A DNA stretch of 64,000 bases from IMG/VR virus record IMGVR_UViG_3300028377_000004, positions 63,575-127,574 of that record. One strand, given 5' to 3'. Numbering within the stretch: the first letter of the stretch is position 1; every line of letters begins with the position of its first letter. The notes beneath the pieces were generated by a model that ran no database searches, had not been told where the DNA came from, and saw only the letters and a program-made list of their open reading frames with translations. A program made the position numbers and the translations under genes. This document shows positions 1-11,200 of this stretch, piece by piece. Source of the DNA: a virus.

Positions 1-2
1 GA

Positions 3-1160
3 AGCGAGAGCCTGTTTGTACGAATCTAATTCGTCTACTACTAATAGAGTTGCAAAGGACTGGGATCTACGAACGAAATCTGCAATAAAATAAAGCCGCT
101 CTGCTTCCGTAGCAAAAGGATCAATAAAAACGTCTTTTACCACGGACCCTGGCATAACTGATATTTCATTATCATAGTTAATTACACGGTCGATATAGTC
201 TTCTGTAACATCAAACCTTGTGCGCCTGGGGACATCTCGAAGTTGCGTGTCTATTTCCAAAGGATATCCAACTAATTCAGAACTATAAGCAGATTCAATT
301 TCCTGGTTGGTTGTTTGATTATAAACTACCGTCGTCATTACATAATAAAGAGGCTCATCATCTGGAATGTCAGCAAAAACCTCATTATTAATGAAACCAT
401 CCTGCTCTGTTCCTGACCTGTTGTGGATGAATGAGAAATAAGTGTCAGTAACCACACTCTCTACTTTTGTGGTTACTTTTATTTCGGGTCCCGAAAGCGA
501 CGTGTCGATAAAAGAGTCTTGAACGGTCTGAATAGTCCCTCCATTAAAATCCTCTTCTGTCAAGAATAAACGTAGCTGCCCGAAATTATTATTATAGAAG
601 GTAGAATCCTCAGTAATTTCGGTAAGGTTCTCTTCTTCAAATGAAGCTTCCGTTATGAGGTCCCTATTGATACGGACATATCCTTCCTGCCCTCCACCTG
701 GTTCTGAGGAAGCATAAATATGATATCCCCTGACATTTGGAATATCTGTATCTACCCAGACTAATTCTACACTGTCTCTTCGCCTACGAACTCGAAGTCC
801 TGATGGGGCAGATGAGATAAGGTCCAATTCACCGGGCCTAAGAATTCGTATCGTAGCCCTAGCTGCGGTCGAAACTGCACCCGTAACTCCAATGGATCTT
901 ATTTCAATGGTATTGACTCCAAAGTCCAACGTTAATCCCTCTGGATACACGTTTTGATTGGGGACAGAAAATTCGTTTTGATCAAACTCTACTAATGAAG
1001 GATCAGAAACGAAACCTTGTCCGTTTACGTTGACCTGGACATCTACCACATTCCCAGAAAGAATGCCGGTCAATGCTTGTTTGCGGATCGTTGATACAAA
1101 TTCTAGGTTCGATATAGGAGATCCCTGAGGAGTATTAAATTGTGGAGTTTGTAAGCTCAT
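3..1160 (-). CDS. Baseplate wedge / baseplate J-like protein, N-terminal part (runs off window edge)
   Basis: Not in the ORF track. Read by hand from ATG at 1160, which overlaps the TAA of the gp25-like gene: MSLQTPQFNTPQGSPISNLEF..., an FN3-like segment (SGLRVRRRRDSVELVW...RGYHIYAS), then RTRFDVTEDYI...MPGSVVKDVFIDPFATEAERLYF, resembling a baseplate J/gp6 N-terminus. The frame is open to the window edge. Confidence 0.65.
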   Translation of the reverse strand, partial: MSLQTPQFNTPQGSPISNLEFVSTIRKQALTGILSGNVVDVQVNVNGQGFVSDPSLVEFDQNEFSVPNQNVYPEGLTLDFGVNTIEIRSIGVTGAVSTAARATIRILRPGELDLISSAPSGLRVRRRRDSVELVWVDTDIPNVRGYHIYASSEPGGGQEGYVRINRDLITEASFEEENLTEITEDSTFYNNNFGQLRLFLTEEDFNGGTIQTVQDSFIDTSLSGPEIKVTTKVESVVTDTYFSFIHNRSGTEQDGFINNEVFADIPDDEPLYYVMTTVVYNQTTNQEIESAYSSELVGYPLEIDTQLRDVPRRTRFDVTEDYIDRVINYDNEISVMPGSVVKDVFIDPFATEAERLYFIADFVRRSQSFATLLVVDELDSYKQALA

Positions 1161-2227
1161 TATTGCATCCTCTCGAATCCGTCGATATTATTAATAATCA
1201 ATGTTTTTTGAATTTGATCTACCTGATCTGATCTATTTTGAAGATCGACTCTAATTCTAAAAATGGTGGGATCTACATCATCCTGACGTACCTCAATATT
1301 TTTGATACGCATCAAAAATTCTTGATCGGTTACGGGTTGGAGTTTCGACTGTTGGATTTTAACATCCCTATATCGATTCAAAGTAAGAGCAATTTCCGTA
1401 ACCAATTGTGACTCCACTAATTGTCCACTTCCTACAATTTTCTGTCCTACCAAATCCGAAAGTGTTGTCCCATACCATGAGTAGAAAATATTAGATCCTC
1501 TAATTGTGAATACGATTTTCTCAACCTCCTGAACTAGAAGGTCTACTCCCCTCACAAATATGGGATTGCCCCTAGAATCGTATCGAAAATCATTTTCTAT
1601 ACCGATGCCCGCACACCTTCGACACTCACGTCTCTGGGTAAAATAGGACACTTCAAATACGTCATCTGCGGATTGTAGTGGTCTTTCAAATACGATTTTC
1701 TTAGAACGGACTCCAAAAGTGTTGGTTTCCTTTATTAAATTCCAGGGAGGAATGATCTCTCTACCTTGGTAAAACCTATGGAAAGGGAAACCTAATGCTT
1801 CGTGTCCAGATCCTTTTTGGAGAAAAATCGTCTCGTCTACGCCCCCTCTTACAGTTTCTAAACGAATTTTCCCTGCATTGGCTTTTGCTAGGACACCGGA
1901 TCCCTGTTCATTAATAGCATTTACTACACGGGAAGCAGATACTTGATTACCGGAAGGTAAGGCTATTGTTTGGAGTACACCGTTATTAGTCTGGAACCTG
2001 AGTTCTGCGTCTTTCTCAATTTCAAAAGGTTGTGCTTTCCTACTAGAAAAAGAAACTTTGGAACCAATTCCTTCTTGCGGTATTTCCATTCCATTCTTTT
2101 TGATTCGAACATTGCTGGAAGAAGGATCTCTAACGGTTTTGAGGGTTTTTCTATCCTCATCTAAGGCAAGCCATTCATCTATCACTAGATGGGGACATTT
2201 TTGTTTGATCTGTAAATCTTTTGCCAT
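1160..2227 (-). CDS. Baseplate wedge protein with C-terminal gp25/GPW-like domain
   Basis: C-terminus GVDLLVQEVEKIVFTIRGSNIFYSWYGTTL...IEVRQDDVDPTIFRIRVDLQN has a gp25-like pattern; there is also a CRRC motif. Start moved to MAKDL (2227) to avoid a 50-nt overlap with the upstream gene. Confidence 0.65.
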   Translation of the reverse strand: MAKDLQIKQKCPHLVIDEWLALDEDRKTLKTVRDPSSSNVRIKKNGMEIPQEGIGSKVSFSSRKAQPFEIEKDAELRFQTNNGVLQTIALPSGNQVSASRVVNAINEQGSGVLAKANAGKIRLETVRGGVDETIFLQKGSGHEALGFPFHRFYQGREIIPPWNLIKETNTFGVRSKKIVFERPLQSADDVFEVSYFTQRRECRRCAGIGIENDFRYDSRGNPIFVRGVDLLVQEVEKIVFTIRGSNIFYSWYGTTLSDLVGQKIVGSGQLVESQLVTEIALTLNRYRDVKIQQSKLQPVTDQEFLMRIKNIEVRQDDVDPTIFRIRVDLQNRSDQVDQIQKTLIINNIDGFERMQ

Positions 2228-2231
2228 AGTA

Positions 2232-2873
2232 TCAGTTTCCGTTGTTGTTTCGATGTCCTTGGCCTGCACCAATAAATTCATCAGAGTTTAGATAATAGTT
2301 GATCTGTGATCTTAAATCCTCTATAGTATCTACTCCTGTTGATCGTTGTACCAATAGAATAATTTCTTCCAAATATTGATCTACCAGATCAATGGACTTT
2401 TTGATTTTGAATTCCCAATGCTCACGTTTTGTCTGGATAGCAGGTATCATCCAGTCTTTTACTTTTGCTACAGTAGCACTTTCGACCATATCATCCTTAT
2501 GAACATTGGGAGCATAATAGTCATCACTTCCCTGAATACGACCTCCCTGAAACTGTTGCTGGCTATCCATACTAGGTTCGCCCTGAGAGAGTGATAGCCA
2601 CTCACCTCTGCTTAGAATAGGAAGCTCTAGAAGATTCCCTCCCCAAAACTGGTACGATCGGATATATTTAGATAAGACAGAATTAGAAGGAGTAACTTCG
2701 TAAGAAATTGTCCTACCATCTTCGTCTCTTTCAAAAGTAATCCATCCGTTTTTTTCAATACAGGATCGAAGATACGAAATCCGATCTTGAATATCTTCTA
2801 ATTGGTCTTCAGCAAAATCTAGAAGACCTGCTATTTCGGTTTCAGAAAAAGTCCCTAAAAAATTAAAAGCCAT
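2232..2873 (-). CDS. Hypothetical virion/baseplate protein (213 aa)
   Basis: Long ORF tightly packed in the baseplate operon. Confidence 0.55.
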   Translation of the reverse strand: MAFNFLGTFSETEIAGLLDFAEDQLEDIQDRISYLRSCIEKNGWITFERDEDGRTISYEVTPSNSVLSKYIRSYQFWGGNLLELPILSRGEWLSLSQGEPSMDSQQQFQGGRIQGSDDYYAPNVHKDDMVESATVAKVKDWMIPAIQTKREHWEFKIKKSIDLVDQYLEEIILLVQRSTGVDTIEDLRSQINYYLNSDEFIGAGQGHRNNNGN

Positions 2874-2876
2874 TTT

Positions 2877-5051
2877 TTATACTCCGAAAAGAAACTGAAA
2901 AGCGTTTTGGATAGCAAGAACATCGGCAGGTCCCGCCCCTCCAAAAACAAATACAAGGGAAGCCATGTATTCATCACTCACCTGCTCGGGAGGATTATCG
3001 GCGCTTCGCAATTCTGAAATAAGGTGCCCGTTCCCGCCTGTATCGGGGGGTATCCAAAGAAGACGAAGGTTCGTAGCCATATCTGAAAATTCTTCTATGA
3101 GAACAATGGCTTCGGATACCACATCCAAAAGAGACGTGAGAACTTCGAGCCTGTCCTGCAATGACTCCAAAGTAGCTTCAAAATCATCAAGTGTGCTTTG
3201 TAATACATTTGATAAAGAGAAAATTAGATCTGAGAGTTGATTGGTGATTTTATTAACAAAAGGAAAATAGTCATTTAGAACCTGAGTAGATTCCCAGTTT
3301 GGGGGAATGCCCTGGGTATCCCCTGAATTAATCAGTTGCAGAATGGAAAAAATATCATTGCGGATTTCCGTTTCTTCGGAAAGGTCTAGGAAATGCACGC
3401 CCTCAGTGAGAAGTGTGAGGATAGCATTCTCGTTTTCAGTATATAAAGTTTGAAAAATGAGAAGTAATTCGTCATTCGCTGCCAAATAAGGGACAAGTGC
3501 TTTTATTTTGGTATCTATAATTTTATCAATTGCAAGCCTCAAACGAACATTGGGAGGAAGGTTTAGTCTAGGCTCTAAAAATTCGTCGACTCCACCAAAA
3601 GGATCAAAAGTGTCTGCATCAATTACTAGCGCAGCATTAATACTGTCCCGCATATTGGTATAATCCATTTCTTCTGGAGCCTCATTATCGCTAAAAAGAG
3701 GCTCTTCAAAAAATGGCAGAATTTCAGTAATAGTATCTCCTTCGGGATCCGTGTCCAAATAGTCATATTCTTGGGCACCAACCTGTTCATAAAGAGATGC
3801 TTTTACCGAAGGTGTCATTAGAGAGGGTCCCAAAGCCTCAATTCCAAACTGTGTTTTGTAGTTAGCATCAAAGCGAAGAAGATAGGCGGCTCTATAGGTA
3901 TTTAGTAGCGCAGTAGGTAGATCAAAAGAGGTATCCAAATCTGGTAGATATCCAAAAGCAGGAACGCTAGGTCGGGATACCGGACCTATATTGTCATTTC
4001 CTAAGACCAAGTTATAGACCTCTTTTTCTACTTCTTCCCCCTGAGAATTTCTTACCATTTTTGTAGCAGGAACTAATCCTGTATTTTTAGGAACGGATCT
4101 AACTCGATAATAGTAGCCATTATCTGATCCCTTTTCCACGTCAGTAATGATATGAGCATAAGAACCCGCAAGGAAATTGATCCTGCTATTCTTAATATCT
4201 AAAGTATCCACCAAATCAATAAAAGGGTCGTTAGGATCAAGGGGTTCCCAATGATAAATCAAGTCTCCAAATTCATCACGAGCGGGGATATGTTTTATTT
4301 CGCTGTTATCTCTTCTTCGTTCCTGGGGTGACCTCCTCGTAACAGGTATTTGTTCTGTCAATTCGAGATCTCCTTGACTGCTTTTAGAACGTTCAATGTA
4401 AAATTTATTTTCCGCAAAAATGTCGAGTAAGACATCATTGCTTGTACGAGGTTCTTGCCATTCAATACGAAGACGATCTAGCTCTCTTCCTTCTTCTGTA
4501 AAGACATTCAACAATTGGTCTTCAGGAAGTCCTAATTGACCCGCAGGTTTGACTTTGACATTGACAGGGGATGGGTACCTCAGGTCAAAAGGTTTATCAA
4601 AAAAAGAAAACAGACGGTATAAAGATTCGATAAAGCGACTTGGGTTAGGTTCTGTCACTAATAAGAAGAGAGCCCCTGTTGTGGATCCCGAGGAGAACTG
4701 AGGTCTGTTGGGATCCTCTGTGTCATAGAGACTCTGATAAAACAATTGCTTAAATTTTCCATAACCTCCTTGGTATCGCTCCAATTCCTCGGTTGTAGTA
4801 GGAAGCATAGCTAGAGAATGAACTCCCGTCTCAGAAAGACTAGCCAATAAGTCTTGAATTTCTGTGAGAAGTGCTTGAACTGCCGCCATTACAGGACTAT
4901 CAGATACTACCAAAAAAGAAGACAGTAACTCCAATATTGAAATTCCGGTCCCTACTATTGTCGCAAGGGCTTGAACCGCAGTATCTAAACCATCTCCAAT
5001 TGGTTCTATTTGGTCCACAATACTTATTTCCAGTTCCTGCCATTCAGCCAT
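2877..5051 (-). CDS. Hypothetical virion/baseplate protein (724 aa)
   Basis: Long acidic ORF in the baseplate operon; its N- and C-terminal regions resemble each other. Confidence 0.55.
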   Translation of the reverse strand: MAEWQELEISIVDQIEPIGDGLDTAVQALATIVGTGISILELLSSFLVVSDSPVMAAVQALLTEIQDLLASLSETGVHSLAMLPTTTEELERYQGGYGKFKQLFYQSLYDTEDPNRPQFSSGSTTGALFLLVTEPNPSRFIESLYRLFSFFDKPFDLRYPSPVNVKVKPAGQLGLPEDQLLNVFTEEGRELDRLRIEWQEPRTSNDVLLDIFAENKFYIERSKSSQGDLELTEQIPVTRRSPQERRRDNSEIKHIPARDEFGDLIYHWEPLDPNDPFIDLVDTLDIKNSRINFLAGSYAHIITDVEKGSDNGYYYRVRSVPKNTGLVPATKMVRNSQGEEVEKEVYNLVLGNDNIGPVSRPSVPAFGYLPDLDTSFDLPTALLNTYRAAYLLRFDANYKTQFGIEALGPSLMTPSVKASLYEQVGAQEYDYLDTDPEGDTITEILPFFEEPLFSDNEAPEEMDYTNMRDSINAALVIDADTFDPFGGVDEFLEPRLNLPPNVRLRLAIDKIIDTKIKALVPYLAANDELLLIFQTLYTENENAILTLLTEGVHFLDLSEETEIRNDIFSILQLINSGDTQGIPPNWESTQVLNDYFPFVNKITNQLSDLIFSLSNVLQSTLDDFEATLESLQDRLEVLTSLLDVVSEAIVLIEEFSDMATNLRLLWIPPDTGGNGHLISELRSADNPPEQVSDEYMASLVFVFGGAGPADVLAIQNAFQFLFGV

Positions 5052-5208
5052 TCTTATTACCTTCTTCCTCTATCTGGAATTCAATACGCTCTTTTTCTTT
5101 TTCCAACTCTTCTTTTAAACGAATAAATTTCTCTTTCAAAAGAACTAGTGAGCTTTTTTCAGGCTGGGCTTCTTGCCATTCTACATTTTTTTTATCATCG
5201 TCAGTCAT
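5044..5208 (-). CDS. Small coiled-coil protein (54 aa)
   Basis: MTDDDKKNVEWQEAQPEKSSLVLLKEKFIRLKEELEKEKERIEFQIEEEGNKNG; AAGGAG RBS; fills the gap between flanking genes and overlaps the next start. Confidence 0.6.
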   Translation of the reverse strand: MTDDDKKNVEWQEAQPEKSSLVLLKEKFIRLKEELEKEKERIEFQIEEEGNKNG

Positions 5209-5221
5209 GAGGGTAATCTCC

Positions 5222-8200
5222 TTATTGCATCGAAGCTAACTTGATTAACTCTTTCAAAAGTTTATTTTTCTTCTTTGTCTTAGTTTTTTTGAACCTATTA
5301 ATAGCAGGTAACAGACCATCTTCCAGATTGATTCTGAAATCGATCCATGCGAATCGAAGATCGTATAAGGACTCGGTGCCCTTTAGTATAGCTTCCAACT
5401 CATTTCTTAAAGACGGTTCATCTACGATCCAGTTTTTCCTAGCATCAATGGGGTTCAAGTGAATTGTTTGGATCAACGTATCAGCGGGGTCGCCCGGCCT
5501 TACAATACTGGGATCCTCAGATATCAGTTCGTTCAGATCGTGAATGGTCGCCCTTATTCCCGCATCAATACGATCTATCTCGTCTAGTACATTGTAATAC
5601 TCATACAGTATTAATTCATAAGTACGTTCTGAGAAACTAGACACCTCAAAAACCTCAAACTCTAGGTTTGTCTCATCTTCAAGGGATCCTTGAACGAAAT
5701 TAGAACCATCAACCAAGTCAATCGTATCATTGGTAAAGGAAGCTACCCGATAGAAACCCCTGGAGTCCTCATTATTGATCATGACATAGGCATTATCTTC
5801 ATTTTCAAGATCACTGAAAGATCCCGCACTAGTGAGAGTGTTTCCTACTATTTGACCATTTGTCTCAGACACAGAAGGAGTACCAAACATCTCTGTCACC
5901 AGGCTTCTCAGAACGTCCAGAGAAGGCGTAGAAGGATTTGAGGAAGTTACGCTGTTTACATAAGGTTCTATGTCTACGGGAGCCTCAGAATCGTCCTGAT
6001 AGATTATTCTTCTCTGGGCCAACTCATCTCTCAGGTCGTTTAATTGGTTACTAAATCTACGCGGTCGATAAGTTTTCCAAGGTACCTCAAGGTCCACAGA
6101 ATTACTTTCGTTTTCTCTGGTATCTGGACTGACAACAACATGATCTACTTCAATGTTTTGAATCTCATACAGTCCTCCATTAGGACTTGTGCCTGAAACA
6201 ATGAGTTGGTCCCCTACATCTATATCCAGACCTTGAGGGTCGAAGAAAATCCTATTAGGGAGTTCAACATAAGCATTTCCAGTCTCTCTTTCTCCCTTTA
6301 AAATAGCGAGGTTAAGAGGAAAAGACAGAAGAGACGGGTCTAGAGTTGAGGGTAAAACATTGATCAGTCCATTCTCTCCAGAAGCGATATCATAGGTAAT
6401 ACCTACATCAACTCCCCTATCTCCCGAAGTAATAGTCAGAGTTCCGGTGACCCCCGAGAAATCGGTGCCCACATTTTTCAATGAATGAAGATCATCTACA
6501 ATAGTGCCGGTGCCTACCATAGTACCTCCTCCTGTCAGGTTTATTTCATAACCTACGTTCGTATCCTCTACTGAAAAAGCAGCTAATATAATGTCATTTC
6601 CGTCTATTTGGGATAGATGAAAAGTTGGGACCACGCCTTCTAAGATAACCTCATTATATTGCGAGTGACCCGAAGGAATAACAACTCCAGGATCCAGACG
6701 AAAGATATGATCATCAACCAGTGAAATAGCTGTCTCTACAATTCCTTCGTCAGTTTCGTTGATCACATCTTCCCATGCTTTGATCTCAGCTTGGAAGGAT
6801 ACGATCTCCGAATCCGTAATAGGATAGGAATAAGGCAATCCCGTGAGTCCCCCATCGTCAGAAGGTTCACCGTCCAGGGCGGGGAAACGATAGGGTTCTG
6901 TTCTCTGGTTTTTATGAACAACAGTAGCATCCAAAAACGTAAAAGGCTCGGGAGCTTCCTGTCCTATGACAGAAGCAATAAAACTAGGTAGGGTTGCATT
7001 GACCAATTCTCCCTCAGAAGAATCCATACCATAGTCGAAATTCTGCCGGAAATACCCTTGGCTCTGGACAAAAAGGGTATCATTTTTTAGGGGAGGATTA
7101 TTTAGAAGGTCCGCAGGATCATCTCCGTCTACAGGAAAACCTTCGATATCATCTGCTATTTTAAGGTAAATCCGATCGGAGCCTGCTGTAGGAGATTGAG
7201 CTATCTCCATATTAGAAGCATAAACATCTATTTCTAGGGTTACTGCCCCACTTGTAGGATCTTTGCTGAAGTTGACCCTACCCAAACTTACGATATCTCC
7301 CTCTTTGAAACCGGGAATCAAACGGCTAGGATCCCCATCTTCGAGGTTAGGAGGATCATTTGGATCGTTAGTCGCCTCACTAGTACCCAAAGGAAAAGAC
7401 ATTCCTACTTCCACATAAACGCCTCCATCATCGGTTGCTCCATCTTTTTTAAGCCATCCTCTAGCAGGTCTTGCAGATAGTTCCGTTACAGAGAGAACAT
7501 TTTCCACTTTAAGATCCCCTAATATCTCTTGGAAATCTCGGAGGAAAGTGTATTCATTTTCAGGGGCTCCAGTGCTAGGAGGTGTGACGGTAGCAATTTT
7601 GGATAATTGTGGGTAAAAACGAGATAGCCGATGAGGTTCCCATGCTTGTTTGAATGTTCCTTCAAATTCTAGGGAAGGGGGAATGTCAAACTGAAACTCA
7701 TAAGGCTTTTTTGAAGTAAGAACAAGGTCGTCTATAGAATTTCTTATGTACCCACTCTGTGCCTGTAAATTCATGTTTTGAATGGCAGTAGATGTGGGTT
7801 TATTACCACTACCGTCAGGGTTAGCATAATAGGGAATTAGATCCCCCGTCACAGGGTCTTCTCCTCCAGATTCCCCATCATCGCCTAAGAAGAATGAGAA
7901 TTGTCCATCCCGATCCCCAACGACTCGTCCATCAAGAATCTGGAAATAGGATTCAATGCCCTGCGCTATCTGGTTATAATACCTGACAAATCTTCGAGCC
8001 ACTCTATCTCTATCCCTGAGATCTCCCCCTTCCCAAATGAGTGTTTCGGATCCTCTATCCTGATTGTCTTGACTTAAACCAAAAGATAGGGTAGGCCCGT
8101 TGGACGAAGAAAGAGAAGAGGCACTAGCACCAATGGAGTCTGAGACTTCCTGCGAAAATTCCTCCAAGGGAAGTGCTCTGAAATAAAAGGAGTCGGGGCT

Positions 8201-11200
8201 TCGGAAACTATAAGATGCAACCAGTCGAGAACCCTCAATACCATTGTCTGTGGTAGCACTAACAAATCGAGTATAAGAAGCTTTGACCCTTGGGAAGATC
8301 ACCTGAGAGGGTAAAGATCCTATTGGTTTTAATTCTCTTCTGCCTAGATATCCTAGATGCCATACTTCTCCCGATTTAGGAAGTGAAGTTGCAACAGGAT
8401 CCAAAATAATCGATCCGTTATTGATCAGGCGATAATCAATACCATCTTCTAGGAAATGTCCTTTATCATCCTCATCAAATCGAACCAAATAATGGGGTTC
8501 TGTTATAAAAGGAAGAATATCAGTTTGCAGTATGGAAGGGTTAGGAGGATAGACAGGGAATTCTGATACTTGCACATCAGGACCCGTGTATTCCCTCAAG
8601 AGGTCACTTCGAACTCCTACCTTGGTCATACCCTTGCCCTCATCAAAAGAGGATGAGTCTATGTGGTAGGGAGCGCCATCGAGGGTTAGGATATATGAAG
8701 TAGGGAATAGATCCGCAACATCTCCAAAAAATCCAATTTCCTGATCTCCAGAACTGTTGGAGTCCGCTACTACCTGGATCAGATCAAATTCAGTTACAGG
8801 ATCCGAAGTCCCCTGGATTGCGGGAGATACTAGAGACTCGGGAACCGAAGGGATAAAACCTACAGAAGTAATATCAGAATTTGGATCATAAGTGGGTGTG
8901 CCATCTATTCTGAATGCCTGATCATCAACGAAAATCACAGTATCTTCCTGAAGTACCGATCTATGATCCCCATAAAACGTCTGGTTCAGCCCTTGATCCA
9001 CAACGATGTCAGGAAAGAAAGGCTTTTGTAAAAGACGAACTAATTTCTCCCCACCACCAGCCTCAGTCACATGATAGTTGACCTGTACTAAACGGTTTCC
9101 CGAAATGGGAGAAAAAGATAGAGTCTTCCCATTTCGAGTAGAAGGTGTTGGAGATCCATTTACGAAAAGAGTAACATCCCTTTGATCGTCTAGTTCTATA
9201 GGTCCTGCAGCAAAAGTTGCACTACTCTGGCCCGACGATACTGAAAGGGTTTCTTTTCTCTGAAAACCCACATCCTCTATAATTTCGGTGTCCCCGTCTG
9301 TATAATACCTAACTCGTAAACGAGTTCCTTCTTTTATTTGAGAATCGAAAAAGATAGATCCATTTGCTTTCTGGACGGTGTATTGAGTTTCTTCTAAAAG
9401 AACTACCACCTTCACGTTATCTAGAGAGGAAGGGATGCCTACGGTACGATTTTTAGAAAGGACTTCGATTAAAGAATCAGGATGTCCGTCATCTGAAAGA
9501 GAAGGTTCTAAAATCACTTGGGCATCTGGAAAAGCTTCAATGTCATCTACATTAAAAGTGAGTTCGCCGTTGCTGGGGTCTATATAGAACTCACCCTCAT
9601 CAGGTACAGGATTGGCAGTCTCTGTCATCTCAAATGTATTTCTCAGAAGCGTATAATTAGCTTCGGATTCTCGATAATAAACAGGAATTTCCAGAGTATC
9701 TTCAATGAGTCCCAACTTTTGAGACTCCAATACTATATGGTCTACTTCATTTCCTTCTGACAAGAATGAGAAACTTTCACCATCGGGAATATATTCACCG
9801 TCTGAAAGAGGATAGATAAACTCGGGATAGATCCATCTCCGATTTAGATTCAAATCTCGAAGGGCATAATTGAATACTACCTCAGAGGTATCTATCACTC
9901 GAAAAGGGATCGAATCCTCACTATCTTCTGCTATAGGGATATGAGTAGTAAGAGTGTTAATAGTTGCCTGTTCTATTCGATATACAGATGATCCTATAAT
10001 CAATAGAGGCTGCTTCAACGGATCTGACGGGATAGGGTCGAAATCAAATTCGGTATTGTCCGCAGAAAATTGAGTAGCACCTGTAGTAAAAGAACCTATT
10101 CCTTCATATAGAAGCCGTCCCCGGTCTTCCGAAAAGAATAGCTGGCCTCCATCAAAATCAATGAGGACATCCTGACCCGGTTCAATTATCTGAGGACCAG
10201 CCCCTTCATCCAATGTAAATTCAAAATCCGAAGCCAAAATAACTTCATTATTCAGCTTCAGGGAAGCGCTCGGGGATCTAATATCATGAACTTCATTAGT
10301 AACGGGGCTTGCCCATCTTATCTGTCTACTATCAAAATCATAGACCACATCTTTATTGGGTTCCAGAACTCTTCTTATAGCTCCATCTTCCAGACGGAAA
10401 AAGGTATTATCGTCGTAACCAGGGATGTCCTGTAACGGGATTTGAGTAAGCGCCGAAAAAGTTCCCGCATTTACAGAGTCCGAAATGACTTCATTTTCTA
10501 GGGCCACTAGATTTTGAGCGTCAGGGATCTCTTTTGTATTAGAGGGGTCCAGTAGCGACGGAAACATACGAAACGTAATTCCATTTTCTAGGTAGTAATC
10601 TCCGGTCCCTACTGCCAGCGTATTTCCGTCATTGGCAGCTACAAACTGGGAAGACAGACGGACCAATAGGTTGGTTCCTGTAAGGATAGCCTCTGCCCTG
10701 CTTTCGGGAATGGCATAAGGTCTCGAAAATTCTTCTACGATCCTAACATCTTCGATAATTAGACCCGTCTCTTTGACATAGAGTATTAAACCGCCTACAT
10801 CATAAATGGTCGTGTCAATCGAAACCTCTACGGGAGTTAAAAAAGTAGCAGGTTTAGAAAGCACTGCTAGATCTGTAGATTCATAAGGATCTATAAGATC
10901 CAGTGAGCTATAGACGCCGTCATAATAGATCGGTTCGCCTTCATAGTCCGAATTAAGGAAGGTAAGTTCACCCGTATTTGTATCCCAACTGATATCAGAG
11001 GTATCCAAATAGGACCCATACTTGGATCGAATAAGGGGTCTTTCTGTTGCAGACGGAATTGGATTTAAAAACAAGTCTTCGCCCGCTATTCCAATGACAC
11101 CTGTCACGTCTTTTCTGTTGAAAAAATTATTACGGAATTGATAGACGGGCATTCCAAAGGACCCTGCTACAATATCAGATGCAAAATAAATCTCACCAGT

